This document shows positions 62,939-64,000 of a stretch of DNA of 64,000 bases, one piece after another (position 1 is the stretch's first letter; each line of letters opens with the position of its first letter). The position numbers were made by a program, and so were the translations under genes. A model generated the notes under the pieces. That model searched no databases, had not been told where the DNA came from, and worked only from the letters and a program-made list of their open reading frames with translations. The stretch covers positions 32,001 to 96,000 of the forward strand of contig CAVZKL010000018.1 of NCBI GenBank assembly GCA_963775895.1. The letters are read 5' to 3'. The DNA is from Candidatus Bathyarchaeota archaeon. Its GTDB lineage: Archaea > Thermoproteota > Bathyarchaeia > Bathyarchaeales > Bathycorpusculaceae.

Positions 62939-64000
62939 CTAATGCGCCTTAAACTGTGGCATGTACTCGGCGTGAGCGAGCAAAAGCTCGTTCATTATTT
63001 TCTTGGCAGCCTTCATGTCATGAACGAAGGGAGATGCTAAAATTGCTTCATACAGAAGACCCTTGTCGCCGCTGAGCGCAGCGTCAACGGTTAGTTCCTG
63101 CCAGTTAAGTATGTGTCTGGTGATTCCTAGAAAGACTTTGGGCAAATGGCCCATTGATATCGGTGTTAAACCTCTTTTGTCCACTATGCATGGTCCTTCG
63201 ACTATTGCATCCTCAGGAAGATTAGTGATAGCGCCCTTATTGGCGAAGTTTATGCCTCCCCATTCGCGTCCTTCGTTGGCAAGTATGCTTACCATGATGC
63301 CTACAGCTTGTCTGGAATGGTGCAGGTGGAAACAGTACTCCGGACGCGCGGGATCATATGGCGTTCCAGCGGCCATTTCGTTTACGAACTTCCATGCCGA
63401 CTCGGTCCATCCAAGTATTGATGCTCGTTTCTTCTCATCCTTGAGGAGCGTTCGTCTGTTTTTCAGGACTTTGTCGTGTTCCCAGAGCATCCAGCAATGA
63501 TCTGGGCAAAGGTTCCAGTAGCCATAAGTTTCGAACAGACGTAATGCAAAATCCATTTCTGGTTCCCGGGCAAGTTGTTTTTTCTTCTTCATCATTTTTC
63601 TCTTGAAAAGAGGAAGTCCATCTTTTCCATTCACCAATAGGTCGACGAGCCAAGTGCAATGGTTGATCCCTATCCCTCTGGGTCTCAAGTCTTCGTTTAC
63701 GCAATACCGCCTTTCTAAAGGCGGCATATCGAGCCAATCGGGAAGGCAGGTCATCGCAAAGCCTGCGAAGCAGTCGCATATAGAAATGAACTTTACCTTT
63801 GTCTCTCTTCGAACTGCGTCGGATATGAAGTTCGCTGGGTTTATGAAGCTGATGACCCAAGCGTCTGGACAAAGTTCCTCTATCAGCCTACAATATTCGA
63901 GAGTCGTGGGAATGGTGCACTGGGCCATGAATGTCCCTCCTGGTCCAGCGGTTTCGTCCCCACATATCCCATATTTTGTGGGAACCACGAAATCGTATCT
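62939..64000 (-). CDS. Glycoside hydrolase family 4 (5' end outside window)
   Basis: DETAGPGG, SFINP, ICD, GINH, NKGAITNLPEDAIVE, ELTVDAALSGD. Confidence 0.9.
   Translation of the reverse strand, partial: RYDFVVPTKYGICGDETAGPGGTFMAQCTIPTTLEYCRLIEELCPDAWVISFINPANFISDAVRRETKVKFISICDCFAGFAMTCLPDWLDMPPLERRYCVNEDLRPRGIGINHCTWLVDLLVNGKDGLPLFKRKMMKKKKQLAREPEMDFALRLFETYGYWNLCPDHCWMLWEHDKVLKNRRTLLKDEKKRASILGWTESAWKFVNEMAAGTPYDPARPEYCFHLHHSRQAVGIMVSILANEGREWGGINFANKGAITNLPEDAIVEGPCIVDKRGLTPISMGHLPKVFLGITRHILNWQELTVDAALSGDKGLLYEAILASPFVHDMKAAKKIMNELLLAHAEYMPQFKAH

Noticed and set aside
1-64000. CRISPR array, transposase, integrase, reverse transcriptase or provirus
   Set aside because: No regularly spaced repeats or recognisable motifs of these proteins were seen

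Overview
Archaeal chromosomal region, most likely Bathyarchaeia (inferred from archaeal ribosomal proteins, class I LysRS, Fae-Hps, AcnX and family-5 solute-binding proteins with dockerin-like tails). Core content: the L3-L4-L23-L2-S19 operon; the S6e/eIF2-gamma/PIN/Rpo7/Spt4/DUF359/S24e/S27ae cluster; ahcY, pyrE, tmk, udp, lysS and archaeal asnA; tRNA-Ser(CGA) with an intron and tRNA-Glu(TTC); a Dpp/Opp ABC system with SIS, HAD and GH4 genes. Scattered frameshifts in essential genes (rpl3, rpl4, eIF2-gamma) point to uncorrected sequencing indels, so most broken ORFs are not called pseudogenes. The strongest unexplained signal is short (CG)n tracts, often as CTAG(CG)n or CTAA(CG)n. They sit mostly at gene boundaries and bracket accessory modules of 1-3 genes and truncated gene fragments, most densely at 38.2-42.3 kb, which also holds a 44-bp imperfect direct repeat. 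Other highlights: an HTH-Fae-Hps fusion with an upstream TGTCG array, a cohesin/dockerin-like surface pair, a p24/GOLD-like protein, an RNase HII-like orphan and a long leader hairpin. All assignments were made by eye, without database searches.
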